From positions 1-64,000 of the IMG/VR virus record IMGVR_UViG_3300021964_007369: 64,000 bases of DNA. The stretch is one strand, 5' to 3'. Under the pieces are notes generated by a model. The model did not search any database and was not told the DNA's origin. It worked only from the letters and a program-made list of their open reading frames with translations. Made by a program: the position numbers and the translations under genes. Shown piece by piece: positions 1-8,964 of the stretch (position 1 is its first letter; each line of letters starts with the position of its first letter). Origin of the DNA: a virus.

Positions 1-113
1 AAGAATGTTTCCGTATGCGAGACATGCTTAGTGAACAAGTTGGTAAAGGAAGCGGATACTTTAACCTATCCAGTCAAGCAGTTTGTATACAAATAAACGA
101 GGTTGATATATGA
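1..113 (+). CDS. 3' end of an upstream hypothetical protein (partial)
   Basis: The frame is open from position 3 (ECFRMRDML...EVDI) to TGA at 111-113, overlapping the next ATG (ATGA). Confidence 0.55.
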   Translation, partial: ECFRMRDMLSEQVGKGSGYFNLSSQAVCIQINEVDI

Positions 114-514
114 AAGTAGGATTTACCTGTAGTACATTTGATTTGTTACACGCAGGACATTTGATTATGTTGCGTGAAGCAAAAGAACAATGTGAATATC
201 TTATATGTGGATTACAAGTTGATCCTAGCATAGATAGAAAAGACAAGAATGCACCAGTGCAAACTGTAGTTGAACGCTACACTCAACTAAAAGGTGTTGA
301 GTATGTAGATGAAATTATTCCGTATGGTACTGAAAAAGATTTAGAAGACATTCTTAGTATGTACCCAATTGATGTACGCATACTAGGAGAAGAATATCGA
401 GACAAAGATTTTACAGGCAAAGACATTTGTCGTAAACGTGATATTGATTTACACTTTAACAAACGAGACCATCGTTTTAGTACAAGTGATTTACGGAGAA
501 GAGTTTGTGAATAA
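110..514 (+). CDS. Cytidylyltransferase, TagD / glycerol-3-phosphate cytidylyltransferase-like
   Basis: TFDLLHAGH (HxGH) motif, YVDEIIPY, C-terminal FSTSDLR. Confidence 0.85.
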   Translation: MKVGFTCSTFDLLHAGHLIMLREAKEQCEYLICGLQVDPSIDRKDKNAPVQTVVERYTQLKGVEYVDEIIPYGTEKDLEDILSMYPIDVRILGEEYRDKDFTGKDICRKRDIDLHFNKRDHRFSTSDLRRRVCE

Positions 515-1208
515 ATTTATATTTGATGTGGACGGAACACTTACACCTAGTCGTCAAGAAATTGACGGAGACTTTGCTATATTCTTTGGTAATTTTTGTG
601 CTGAAAACGATGTGTATCTTGTAACAGGTAGCGATAAAGAAAAAACTATAGAACAGATAGGTGAAGAAATATATAGCCTAGCTAAACGTGTTTATAACTG
701 TTCAGGTAGTGATGTTTGGCAAGGTGAAACACATATTAGATCTGATAATTGGAGAATTCCAATACATGTTAAGGCTTGGTTAGAAGATAAACTAGAAGAA
801 AGTAGTTTTCCGTTACGTACAGGACTACACATTGAAGAACGCCCTGGCATGGTTAACTTTAGTGTTGTTGGTCGCAATGCTACAATGGGCGAGCGAAAAC
901 TTTATGTGAAACATGACACACAGATTGGCGAAAGAAATATTATTGCTGATTTGTTTAATAACGAATTTCCTGATCTAATTGCAAGACCAGGCGGTGAAAC
1001 AGGTATTGATATTTCACCTAAAGGTGCAGATAAAAGCCAAATCATTTACGACTTTGATCCTAATGATGTATTATATTTTTACGGAGATAGAATGGATATT
1101 ATGGGTAATGACTATCCTTTAAAGAAAGTTATAATCGATAATGATTTAGGATTTGCTATTGGAGTAAATGGATGGAAAGATACATGGAGTAAATTAAAAT
1201 GCATATAA
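507..1208 (+). CDS. HAD-IIB hydrolase, eukaryote-type phosphomannomutase-like
   Basis: FDVDGTLT, VTGSD, ERPGMVNFS, GGETGIDI, YGD...GNDY motifs. GTG start at 507 follows GGAG (the ORF track start at 438 overlaps the previous gene). Confidence 0.8.
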   Translation: MNKFIFDVDGTLTPSRQEIDGDFAIFFGNFCAENDVYLVTGSDKEKTIEQIGEEIYSLAKRVYNCSGSDVWQGETHIRSDNWRIPIHVKAWLEDKLEESSFPLRTGLHIEERPGMVNFSVVGRNATMGERKLYVKHDTQIGERNIIADLFNNEFPDLIARPGGETGIDISPKGADKSQIIYDFDPNDVLYFYGDRMDIMGNDYPLKKVIIDNDLGFAIGVNGWKDTWSKLKCI

Positions 1209-1951
1209 TGTTAACAGGACATAGAGGTTTTATTGGAAGTCAATTATTAAAAAGACTTAAAAAAGAACATAGTGTTGTTGGATTTGATTTACAAGACGGA
1301 CAGGATTTATTTGACTGTGAACTTAGAGAAAACTTTGATCTTATTATACACCTAGCAGGTAAAAGCGGAGTGCGTCAAAGTATAGAGGATCCTGCAGGAT
1401 ACTGGCGTAATAACGTCGAAGTAACTAAACGCTTACTTGAACGTTACCCGGACACAAGGATAATGTATGCAAGCTCTAGTAGCGCCTACGAGCCCGATTT
1501 GAACCCTTATGCGGCATCTAAGTATTGTATGGAAGAAGCCGCGTCACGATACCATAATACATTAGGTATGCGTTTCCACACTGTATATTCAAGTAACCCT
1601 CGCAAAGGAATGTTCTTACAAAAACTAATTGACGGTGAACTAGAATATACTACAAATCATTACAGAGACTTTATACATATTGAAGACTTGTGTGATGCAA
1701 TAATGCTATTGGTTAACAATGGCAAATATACAGGAATTTTAGATATTGGAACAGGAAACCCTGTTAAAGTTTCAGACTTCGCTCCGGATCTTCCTGTACT
1801 TCTAAATACCCCAAACGAACGTAATTGGACTTGTGCAAATACAGATCGGATGAAGCATTTGGGCTTTAAACCTAAATACTCTGTAGAAAAGTACTTGACT
1901 TCTTACACAAAAGATAATATAATAAAACTTGAAATAGGAGAACCCACATGA
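1199..1951 (+). CDS. NAD-dependent sugar epimerase/dehydratase (extended SDR)
   Basis: TGHRGFIG Rossmann motif, IHLAG, ASSSS, YAASK (YxxxK), RDFIHIED. Confidence 0.88.
   Translation: MHIMLTGHRGFIGSQLLKRLKKEHSVVGFDLQDGQDLFDCELRENFDLIIHLAGKSGVRQSIEDPAGYWRNNVEVTKRLLERYPDTRIMYASSSSAYEPDLNPYAASKYCMEEAASRYHNTLGMRFHTVYSSNPRKGMFLQKLIDGELEYTTNHYRDFIHIEDLCDAIMLLVNNGKYTGILDIGTGNPVKVSDFAPDLPVLLNTPNERNWTCANTDRMKHLGFKPKYSVEKYLTSYTKDNIIKLEIGEPT
1895..1923 (+). promoter_or_regulatory. sigma70-type (early/middle) promoter
   Basis: TTGACT-17 nt-TATAAT upstream of the 1948 gene. Confidence 0.75.
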
Positions 1952-2676
1952 AAGACATCTTACAAGACATCGTTGCACATACACACGCACTAGGATTTTT
2001 GAACTTAGTAAAAGTAAGCAACGACGAAAGCACAGCAATTGACAGTATGGCAGAAGACCGTAGTGTTATTTTAAGTGCAGAAACAAAAACACCAGTTGCA
2101 GAGTTTGAAGGAACATTCGGTATGCCTAACTTAGATAAGTTAGCATTACATTTAAAGAATCCAGAGTATCAGAAAGATGCTAAGATTGATGTAGTGAAAG
2201 CAGATCGTAACGGAGAAATAATTCCTACACACATTCACTTTGAAAATACAGCAGGTGACTTTGAAAACGATTATCGCTTTATGAATAAAGCAATTATTGA
2301 CGAGAAACTTAAGACTGTTAAATTTAAAGGTGCAAGCTGGAACGTTACATTTGAACCAAGTATAGCAAGTATTGGAAGAATGAAGTTACAAGCACTTGCA
2401 CACACAGAAGAACCTACATTTAATGTTAAAACTAAAGACGGAAACTTAGTTTTCGGTTTTGGTGATGTAAGTACACACGCAGGTGAGTTTGTATTCCAAG
2501 CAGGAATAGAAGGTACACTAGGACATACTTGGAGTTGGCCAGTAGCACAAGTACAAGCAATCTTAGGTCTTGACGGTGATAAAACAATGAGTATCAGTGA
2601 TCAGGGTGCAATGCAAATTACAGTAGACAGTGGTATGGTCAAGTATGATTATATTCTGCCAGCACAGAGCAAATAA
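1948..2676 (+). CDS. Putative DNA polymerase sliding clamp (gp45/PCNA-like)
   Basis: 242 aa, alternating beta/alpha pattern and PCNA-like C-terminus (KYDYILPA). The fold is inferred by eye. Confidence 0.5.
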   Translation: MKDILQDIVAHTHALGFLNLVKVSNDESTAIDSMAEDRSVILSAETKTPVAEFEGTFGMPNLDKLALHLKNPEYQKDAKIDVVKADRNGEIIPTHIHFENTAGDFENDYRFMNKAIIDEKLKTVKFKGASWNVTFEPSIASIGRMKLQALAHTEEPTFNVKTKDGNLVFGFGDVSTHAGEFVFQAGIEGTLGHTWSWPVAQVQAILGLDGDKTMSISDQGAMQITVDSGMVKYDYILPAQSK

Positions 2677-2679
2677 TAT

Positions 2680-3243
2680 ATGAACTACGATTTTGTAGAT
2701 TATCGTTCAGACATACAGTTTATTATACATTGTATTGGATTACAAGGTAAAGATATTGTTGGGGCAGAAGTAGGATTGTTTAGAGCAGAAAGTTTCTGTA
2801 CTATCCTACAAAACTGTCCTAATGTTTCGAAACTCTACGGAATTGATAACTGGAAACCTTATACTGATTATTTAGGTATAGGTCCAATGGAAGTTCAAGA
2901 AAAAGATATTGATCTTGTTAAGTTTCAAGCATACCATAACTTTAAATGGAGCGGTGAAACAGATAGAGGTGTAATACTTGAACAAGATAGTAAAGATGCT
3001 GTAATGACATTTGATGATAACAGTTTAGACTTTATCTTTTTGGATTCGTATTTGGCATATGAGCAAGCCTTGGATGATCTAAATACCTGGTACAGTAAAG
3101 TTAAGCCAGGCGGATTATTTGCAGGTCACGATTGGAATACTATGCAAGTAAAAGAAGCTGTAACAACTTTTAGAAAAGATAATAATATTGAACAGAATAT
3201 GAGTTGCTACGGTGACACATGGATATGGAAAAAAGATGAATAA
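2680..3243 (+). CDS. Class I SAM methyltransferase (Methyltransf_24-like)
   Basis: GAEVG, GIDNW, LDFIFLD, VKPGGLFAGHDW. Confidence 0.8.
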   Translation: MNYDFVDYRSDIQFIIHCIGLQGKDIVGAEVGLFRAESFCTILQNCPNVSKLYGIDNWKPYTDYLGIGPMEVQEKDIDLVKFQAYHNFKWSGETDRGVILEQDSKDAVMTFDDNSLDFIFLDSYLAYEQALDDLNTWYSKVKPGGLFAGHDWNTMQVKEAVTTFRKDNNIEQNMSCYGDTWIWKKDE

Positions 3244-4762
3244 AGATTTAACTGCAACACAAAACGACTATGCACATTTTTTGCCTGCACTTAGTGGCTT
3301 TTATGCTACGTATGTAGGTAAACAACGTTTTGATGAATATGTAGACAAAGCACGTATTCCAAGCAACTTTGTAAATGGTGTTGAAAGTTTAAACTATCTT
3401 AATAAAAACGAAGGTGCGTTTACTTATAAATGGAGTCTTTACTCTGCAGGACATGCTGACTTAGATACAAATAAAATTGTACCTAAAGAAGATATGGTGC
3501 GTAATAGAGATAGAGAAAACACTTGGTTACTAGGTGACTCAGGTGGTTTCCAGATTGGTAAAGGTGTTTGGGAAGGCGATTGGAAAGATCCTAATTGTCC
3601 TAAAGCACAAAAGAAAAGAGATGGTGTTCTTCGTTGGATGGACGCTTATATGGACTATGGAATGATACTTGATATTCCAGCCTGGGTTGCACGTTCCCCT
3701 GAAGGTGCAAAAGCAACAGGCATTAGTACATATGCAGAAGCAGTTAAGGCAACACGCATTAACAACGACTATTGGATGAAACACAGAACAGGTGCTTGTA
3801 AGTTGTTAAATGTTTTGCAAGGCGAGAATCACACAGACGCTGATGACTGGTACGAGCAAATGAAAGACTACTGCGATCCAGTTAAATATCCTGATAGACA
3901 CTTTAATGGTTGGAGTATGGGTGGACAGAACATGTGCGATGTGCATTTGGTTCTTAAACGCATAGTTACATTGTATTATGATAACCTACTACAACAAGGT
4001 GTACACGATGTAATGCACTTCTTAGGCACAAGTAAACTAGAGTGGGCTACACTACTAACTGATATACAACGTGCAGTACGTAAGAACTATAATCCAAACT
4101 TTATGATTACATTTGATTGTGCTAGTCCTTTCTTAGCAACTGCAAACGGACAAGTATACATTCAAAACGAAACACCTGATAGAGGCAAGTGGACTTATCG
4201 AATGGTGCCTAGTGTTGACGATAAGAAGTATGCAATTGACACACGCACATTTAAAGATGCAGTACTACAAGATGGTATCTTTAAAAACTTTGAAGACTCG
4301 CCTGTAACAGACGGAATGCTTGTAAAAGATATTTGTATCTATAAACCGGGTGACCTAAATAAAATAGGTAAAGAAGGAAAAACATCGTGGGATAGTTTTT
4401 CGTATGCGATCCAAATGGGTCATAATGTATGGAGCCACATTAATGCAGTTCAAGAAGCAAACAGACAATACGACAATGGAGTCATTCCGAAAATGCTTGT
4501 ACAAGAGCAATTTGACAGGGTTTTATTTAGAGATGTTGTGGAAGAAATATTTGCAACTGGAAGTAAAGAAAAGTCGTTAGAACTTATAGATAAACATTCA
4601 AAGTTTTGGATGGCTATTCCAGGTACACGAGGTGCTGTCGGTAAAAAGACAGTTAACTCTAGTACGTTCTTTGATGCACTATTTGAAGTTGACGATACTG
4701 TTGTTGAAGAAGATACACTAGACGAAACTAAGTTGGAGGAACTAGAGGATGAGCAATTATGA
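3236..4762 (+). CDS. TGT-superfamily transglycosylase, DpdA-like (7-deazaguanine insertion, probably into DNA)
   Basis: GDSGGFQIG, ILDIP, NVLQG, HFLG and TFDCASP motifs of the TGT fold. It lies near folE, queE and a queD-like gene. ATG 3236 is preferred over GTG 3212. Confidence 0.78.
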   Translation: MNKDLTATQNDYAHFLPALSGFYATYVGKQRFDEYVDKARIPSNFVNGVESLNYLNKNEGAFTYKWSLYSAGHADLDTNKIVPKEDMVRNRDRENTWLLGDSGGFQIGKGVWEGDWKDPNCPKAQKKRDGVLRWMDAYMDYGMILDIPAWVARSPEGAKATGISTYAEAVKATRINNDYWMKHRTGACKLLNVLQGENHTDADDWYEQMKDYCDPVKYPDRHFNGWSMGGQNMCDVHLVLKRIVTLYYDNLLQQGVHDVMHFLGTSKLEWATLLTDIQRAVRKNYNPNFMITFDCASPFLATANGQVYIQNETPDRGKWTYRMVPSVDDKKYAIDTRTFKDAVLQDGIFKNFEDSPVTDGMLVKDICIYKPGDLNKIGKEGKTSWDSFSYAIQMGHNVWSHINAVQEANRQYDNGVIPKMLVQEQFDRVLFRDVVEEIFATGSKEKSLELIDKHSKFWMAIPGTRGAVGKKTVNSSTFFDALFEVDDTVVEEDTLDETKLEELEDEQL

Positions 4763-4958
4763 TAACGATCAAGATAAAATCAAAGCGAGGTTGTCCGAAT
4801 TAGAACGGAAACATAAAGCTCTTGACAATGAGATACAAATGCGTTATAATAATGTTACAATTGATGAACAAGTTCGAAGAATGAAAACTATGAAATTATA
4901 TTTAAAAGATGAAATTTATAGATTAAATGCACAACTAGTACAGGCAAAATTGAGATGA
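4749..4958 (+). CDS. DUF465/YdcH-like small coiled-coil protein
   Basis: KHKALDNEI...MKLYLKDEI pattern. Confidence 0.65.
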   Translation: MSNYDNDQDKIKARLSELERKHKALDNEIQMRYNNVTIDEQVRRMKTMKLYLKDEIYRLNAQLVQAKLR

Positions 4959-5473
4959 AAAGAAATTACGAAAATGGTATAAAAGAACAGGTTATGTTTT
5001 TTACAGGTGTAGAAGTTGAAAAAACTCCTGCTTATGGTTTAAAGACTCTATTTATTACAGGTACACATCCATGTGATGTTATACAAAAGCATTATGACGA
5101 TGAACAATGTGAACACATCTTCTTTGGTGCTAATCATTCGTTTGAACCATTAAACGAACAAGAATGGACTAGTTGGGAAAGAATGATCAAAGCGTTCTTA
5201 GCCGCAGGAAAACTTTGTAGTTTAGATATTCCAATTAGTTACTCAGAAGAATTTCTCGATAGCGGTCTTACTGAATATGAAAATTTTATCCCACAACTAC
5301 GCATTCCTTTGCCTTATGCAAAACTGTGGAACTACAACACTATGTTGAAGATTGACGATAAAGACTTTAAGGCAACTAACCCTGGCGTTTGGTGTCATAG
5401 TTTGCACGATTTAATGGATAGAGAAAAATTCACTGATTGGACAAAATATGGCCTTGACAAAGTGATAAAGTGA
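4955..5473 (+). CDS. Hypothetical protein in the deazaguanine cluster
   Basis: Translationally coupled ORF (FFTGVEVE, HIFFGANHSF, NPGVWCH). No function recognised. Confidence 0.7.
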   Translation: MKRNYENGIKEQVMFFTGVEVEKTPAYGLKTLFITGTHPCDVIQKHYDDEQCEHIFFGANHSFEPLNEQEWTSWERMIKAFLAAGKLCSLDIPISYSEEFLDSGLTEYENFIPQLRIPLPYAKLWNYNTMLKIDDKDFKATNPGVWCHSLHDLMDREKFTDWTKYGLDKVIK

Positions 5474-5482
5474 GTGTATACT
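5454..5482 (+). promoter_or_regulatory. sigma70-type promoter
   Basis: TTGACA-17 nt-TATACT. Confidence 0.75.
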
Positions 5483-5483
5483 A

Positions 5484-5996
5484 ATGCTACAACAAGAAAG
5501 ATATTATGAAGGTATGGTACGTATGATGAAAGAAGAAGATAAAAAACTCTATATGGAGAATAAGGTAAATAGATCTATATGGGTTACATTCAAAAAAGAG
5601 GGTATACACAAATACCCGGCGGCGCTCGAAGATCCGAAATTAGCAACTGGAGACTGGGATGATGTTTCGTTTCTTGGTTATCCTCATCGTCATATTTTCC
5701 ATTTCAGGGTGCAAATCCAAGTGTTCCACGACGATAGAGATATCGAATTCATCCAGTTCAAAAGATGGCTCGAAAGACTCTACTCAGGAGCCAATTCAGG
5801 AAACAATAATCAAGGAAGTGAAGAACAGAGCTCAACCGACTCTGACGTGCTCCTTTTAGATTACAAAAGCTGTGAGATGATTGCAGATGAATTGTATGAA
5901 AAGATTAACAACAAATATCCAGGCCGGTTTGTTGAAATTGAAGTTGCCGAAGACGGCGAAAACGGCTGTAACATAAAATATCCAACTACCCTCTAA
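5484..5996 (+). CDS. QueD/6-PTPS-like T-fold protein with LxxxHRHxF motif (DpdL-like)
   Basis: FLGYPHRHIFHFRV, RDIEF, SCEMIA, VAEDGENG. It lacks the canonical QueD CxxxHGH. The real start is probably a downstream ATG, because 5484 is only 1 nt after the -10 box. Confidence 0.7.
   Translation: MLQQERYYEGMVRMMKEEDKKLYMENKVNRSIWVTFKKEGIHKYPAALEDPKLATGDWDDVSFLGYPHRHIFHFRVQIQVFHDDRDIEFIQFKRWLERLYSGANSGNNNQGSEEQSSTDSDVLLLDYKSCEMIADELYEKINNKYPGRFVEIEVAEDGENGCNIKYPTTL
5659..5859 (+). CDS. Candidate overprinted lipoprotein in the +1 frame of the QueD-like gene
   Basis: GGAG 6 nt before the ATG; MMFR n-region, hydrophobic h-region, ISG-C lipobox, then a Ser/Thr-rich tail. Confidence 0.4.
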   Translation: MMFRFLVILIVIFSISGCKSKCSTTIEISNSSSSKDGSKDSTQEPIQETIIKEVKNRAQPTLTCSF

Positions 5997-6020
5997 ATGC
6001 TGTTAAAAGGAATAGAAAAA

Positions 6021-6257
6021 ATGGCAAATTTTGATCGTGAAGTATATAATACGATTTTTAATGATATCGATACTTTTAAAGAGTTTTGTGCAACTGCATG
6101 GAACTTAGGTTTCGAAAGCGGATTTAAGTTTGATGAAAAGAACTTATACAACAGTAAAAGCTACGAATGGAGAGCTTACCAGAACTATTTAAAATATGGC
6201 AAACCACCTAAGCCTCGTGAACGTAAACCTGGTGGACGATTTAACCGGAGGAACTAA
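6021..6257 (+). CDS. Hypothetical protein with a basic C-terminus
   Basis: ATG 6021 after AGGA; stop overlaps the next start (TAATG). Confidence 0.65.
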   Translation: MANFDREVYNTIFNDIDTFKEFCATAWNLGFESGFKFDEKNLYNSKSYEWRAYQNYLKYGKPPKPRERKPGGRFNRRN

Positions 6258-7303
6258 TGACTATTCATATTGTAGATATTGAAGCAGTAGACACACGTTA
6301 TACTAAGCAATGGAAAGAGTATCTTCCAAAGCAACTTCAACGAGCTACAAACGAAGACGTAAATGTTATTAGTGGAGGAGAGACGCCTCAGGCTACAACG
6401 CCTGGTGCATTTCTTAACTTTGGAGGAACAAACGTCTACAAAAGTAAACAATTAGAAACTATTGGAGAAATGTTTTGTAATGGAACTGTTAAAGATGGTG
6501 ACTATTTTCTCTATACCGATGCCTGGAATCCTACAGTTATACAACTACGCTACATGTCAGAACTACTTGGTGTTGACATTGCTATTGGTGGTCTCTGGCA
6601 TGCAGGTAGTTATGATCCACAAGATTTTCTAGGCAGGCTTATAGGAGACAAACCTTGGGTAAGACATGCTGAACAATCAATGTACGAATGTTATGATGAT
6701 AACTTTTTTGCAAGCGAGTTTCATATTAAACTGTTTGCTAAAAGTTTAGAGATTGACAGTTCTAAAACACATCGAGTTGGTTGGCCTATGGAGTATTTAA
6801 AGAACAGTTTAGATAGTTACAAAAACATGGAGAAAAGAGATTTAATTTTATTTCCGCATCGTGTTGCTCCTGAGAAACAAATTGAAATTTTTAGAGATCT
6901 AAAAACACAATTACCGCAATATGATTTTGTAGTATGTCAAGAACAACAACTAACTAAAAACGAATACCATAATTTGTTAGGCGAAGCTAAACTTGTGTTT
7001 AGTGCTAACCTACAAGAAACACTTGGTATTAGTTGGTATGAAGGCGCACTAGTAGATACTATTCCTATGGTTCCTGATAGACTTAGTTATAGTGAGATGG
7101 CATTGCCTGAGTTTAAGTATCCAAGTGAGTGGACTGAAGACTATGATGCTTACTTACATAATAGAGATAAAGTAGTTGCACAAATTGTTGAGTACATGGA
7201 AAACTACGAAGACTTTATACCAAGCATTAGTAAACAAATTAATAAGCTACATAAAGAATTTTTTAGTGGTAAAGAACTTTACAGGGTTATTGCAGATGAA
7301 TGA
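6257..7303 (+). CDS. GT-B fold glycosyltransferase (GT4-like)
   Basis: FPHRVAPEK and QETLGISWYEG (Ex7E-type motif), LSYSEM. Confidence 0.72.
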   Translation: MTIHIVDIEAVDTRYTKQWKEYLPKQLQRATNEDVNVISGGETPQATTPGAFLNFGGTNVYKSKQLETIGEMFCNGTVKDGDYFLYTDAWNPTVIQLRYMSELLGVDIAIGGLWHAGSYDPQDFLGRLIGDKPWVRHAEQSMYECYDDNFFASEFHIKLFAKSLEIDSSKTHRVGWPMEYLKNSLDSYKNMEKRDLILFPHRVAPEKQIEIFRDLKTQLPQYDFVVCQEQQLTKNEYHNLLGEAKLVFSANLQETLGISWYEGALVDTIPMVPDRLSYSEMALPEFKYPSEWTEDYDAYLHNRDKVVAQIVEYMENYEDFIPSISKQINKLHKEFFSGKELYRVIADE

Positions 7304-7625
7304 TAATGATGACACTTATACTTTTTCAATTGAAGGTGCAACTGTAAGCGGAAATAGCACTTGGAGTAGTACATATGATACATATGATTTCGGTACAGTG
7401 TCACCTACTACTATTACACTTGATGCACCTATTGCCGACAGCAATATAACATTTGATGTTGATAACATTAATATAATTGATATATCTGAAATAGAAGATA
7501 TGTGTACTGAATATCCTGCATTAGAAAAAGTATGGCGTAACTTTAAAACACTGTACGATATGACCTTACAAGATTACAAAGGCAAACAAAAAGAAAGAGG
7601 CTTCGATGATAAAATTCCTTTCTAA
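7296..7625 (+). CDS. Hypothetical protein
   Basis: ATG 7296 overlaps the GT stop; C-terminal YPALEKVWRNFKTLY. Confidence 0.65.
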   Translation: MNDNDDTYTFSIEGATVSGNSTWSSTYDTYDFGTVSPTTITLDAPIADSNITFDVDNINIIDISEIEDMCTEYPALEKVWRNFKTLYDMTLQDYKGKQKERGFDDKIPF

Positions 7626-8040
7626 ACTAATGGACAAACTCGGAAGACGTAGAGTAATTACAGACAGAGACGGAAAGGTTCCATACCTTATTCGTTATTA
7701 CATATTTTTAAAAGAACGAAAGAACTTTCCTTTTAATATTACACTACACAAAGTATTAGTAAGTGACGAGCCTATACTACATGATCATCCATGGAGTTGG
7801 GGTGCAGTAATTTTAGCTGGAGGCTATTGGGAACATACTCCAGAAGGTAAATTTTGGCGTGGTCCAGGCCATATTAGATTTAGAAGTGCAAGAGATTTGC
7901 ATTGGTTAGAACTTGCAAAGGACAAAAATGGAAATGAAATTCCGTGTACAAGTTTGTTCTTTATGGGTAAAAAAGCACAAAGTTGGGGCTTTGTTAAAGA
8001 TGGTAAATGGATTAATAACGAGGATTACTTAAATCAATGA
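7606..8040 (+). CDS. Cupin-like protein
   Basis: LHDHPW...GGYWE...HWLEL metal-binding cupin pattern. Confidence 0.6.
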   Translation: MIKFLSKLMDKLGRRRVITDRDGKVPYLIRYYIFLKERKNFPFNITLHKVLVSDEPILHDHPWSWGAVILAGGYWEHTPEGKFWRGPGHIRFRSARDLHWLELAKDKNGNEIPCTSLFFMGKKAQSWGFVKDGKWINNEDYLNQ

Positions 8041-8570
8041 TTAAAAAACATTTTTACAGTTGGACTGATGTAGAACGTATGTGCGTTAGTATTACAAATC
8101 AAATGTACAAAGAAAATTGGCGTCCTGATTACATTGTAGGAATTACACGCGGCGGCAATGTACCCGCTACTATTATCAGCAACATGACAGGCATTCGTTG
8201 TGAAGCACTTAAAGTTAGCCTACGTGACGACAATAGAGAAAGCGAAAGCAACTGTTGGATGGCCGAAGATGCATTTGGATATCCGCATAGTGATGCAGGT
8301 AATAATAAAAAGAACATTCTTATTGTAGATGACATCAACGATACAGGTGCTACATTCAATTGGATTATGCAAGACTGGGAGGCAGGGTGTTTGCCTACAG
8401 ATCCTCATTGGCATCGTGTATGGGGCAATAATGTAAAGTTTGCTACACTTACAGATAACATGGCCAGTGAAGTACTTGTGCCTATTAGCTATACATGTCA
8501 CGAAATTAACAAAGCAGAAGAAGATGTTTGGCTTGTTTATCCTTGGGAAAATGTTGCTGAATATGCGTGA
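8037..8570 (+). CDS. Purine phosphoribosyltransferase (Gpt/XGPRT-like)
   Basis: IVGITRGG, ILIVDDINDTGAT PRPP loop, WLVYPWE. Confidence 0.85.
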   Translation: MIKKHFYSWTDVERMCVSITNQMYKENWRPDYIVGITRGGNVPATIISNMTGIRCEALKVSLRDDNRESESNCWMAEDAFGYPHSDAGNNKKNILIVDDINDTGATFNWIMQDWEAGCLPTDPHWHRVWGNNVKFATLTDNMASEVLVPISYTCHEINKAEEDVWLVYPWENVAEYA

Positions 8571-8964
8571 TGATTTAATGGTACAACAACAAGTAGCAAA
8601 TGTATGGCAACATATGGTTGGTGTTATTTGTTTGAATTGTACAAACCGTAAACAAGTTAAAGCAGTACTACCTACATTCTTTAGCAAGTGGAGTACACAC
8701 GATAGTTTTGTACACGCAGGACGTAGAGAAATTGAAGAAGTAATTGCTCCTTTAGGTATGAAACACGTTCGATCAGAAAGATTGTATCGTATGAGTGAAC
8801 AGTTTAAAGATTGGGACGGAGAAGATGCTACACAACTGTACGGAATTGGTAAGTATGGAAGTGATAGCTATGAACTATTTTACAAAAAAAGAGTGCCTGA
8901 TAATATAGGCGATCACGAATTAAAGCGTTATGTAGAGGAAGAGTTTTATGAAACCGTGGACTGA
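8563..8964 (+). CDS. HhH-GPD DNA glycosylase, MBD4-like stand-alone domain
   Basis: ICLNCT, PLGM..R, LYGIGKYGSDSYELF and DHELKRY match the MBD4 glycosylase pattern. Start at ATG 8563. Confidence 0.78.
   Translation: MRDDLMVQQQVANVWQHMVGVICLNCTNRKQVKAVLPTFFSKWSTHDSFVHAGRREIEEVIAPLGMKHVRSERLYRMSEQFKDWDGEDATQLYGIGKYGSDSYELFYKKRVPDNIGDHELKRYVEEEFYETVD

Noticed and set aside
3236-4762. Calling this gene host-type tRNA-guanine transglycosylase (tgt)
   Set aside because: It lacks the C-terminal CxCxxC zinc site of bacterial Tgt. The phage context favours a DNA-acting paralog, although the substrate is unproven.
5484-5996. Calling this gene canonical queD
   Set aside because: The catalytic CxxxHGH motif is absent (LxxxHRHxF instead), so no gene symbol was assigned.
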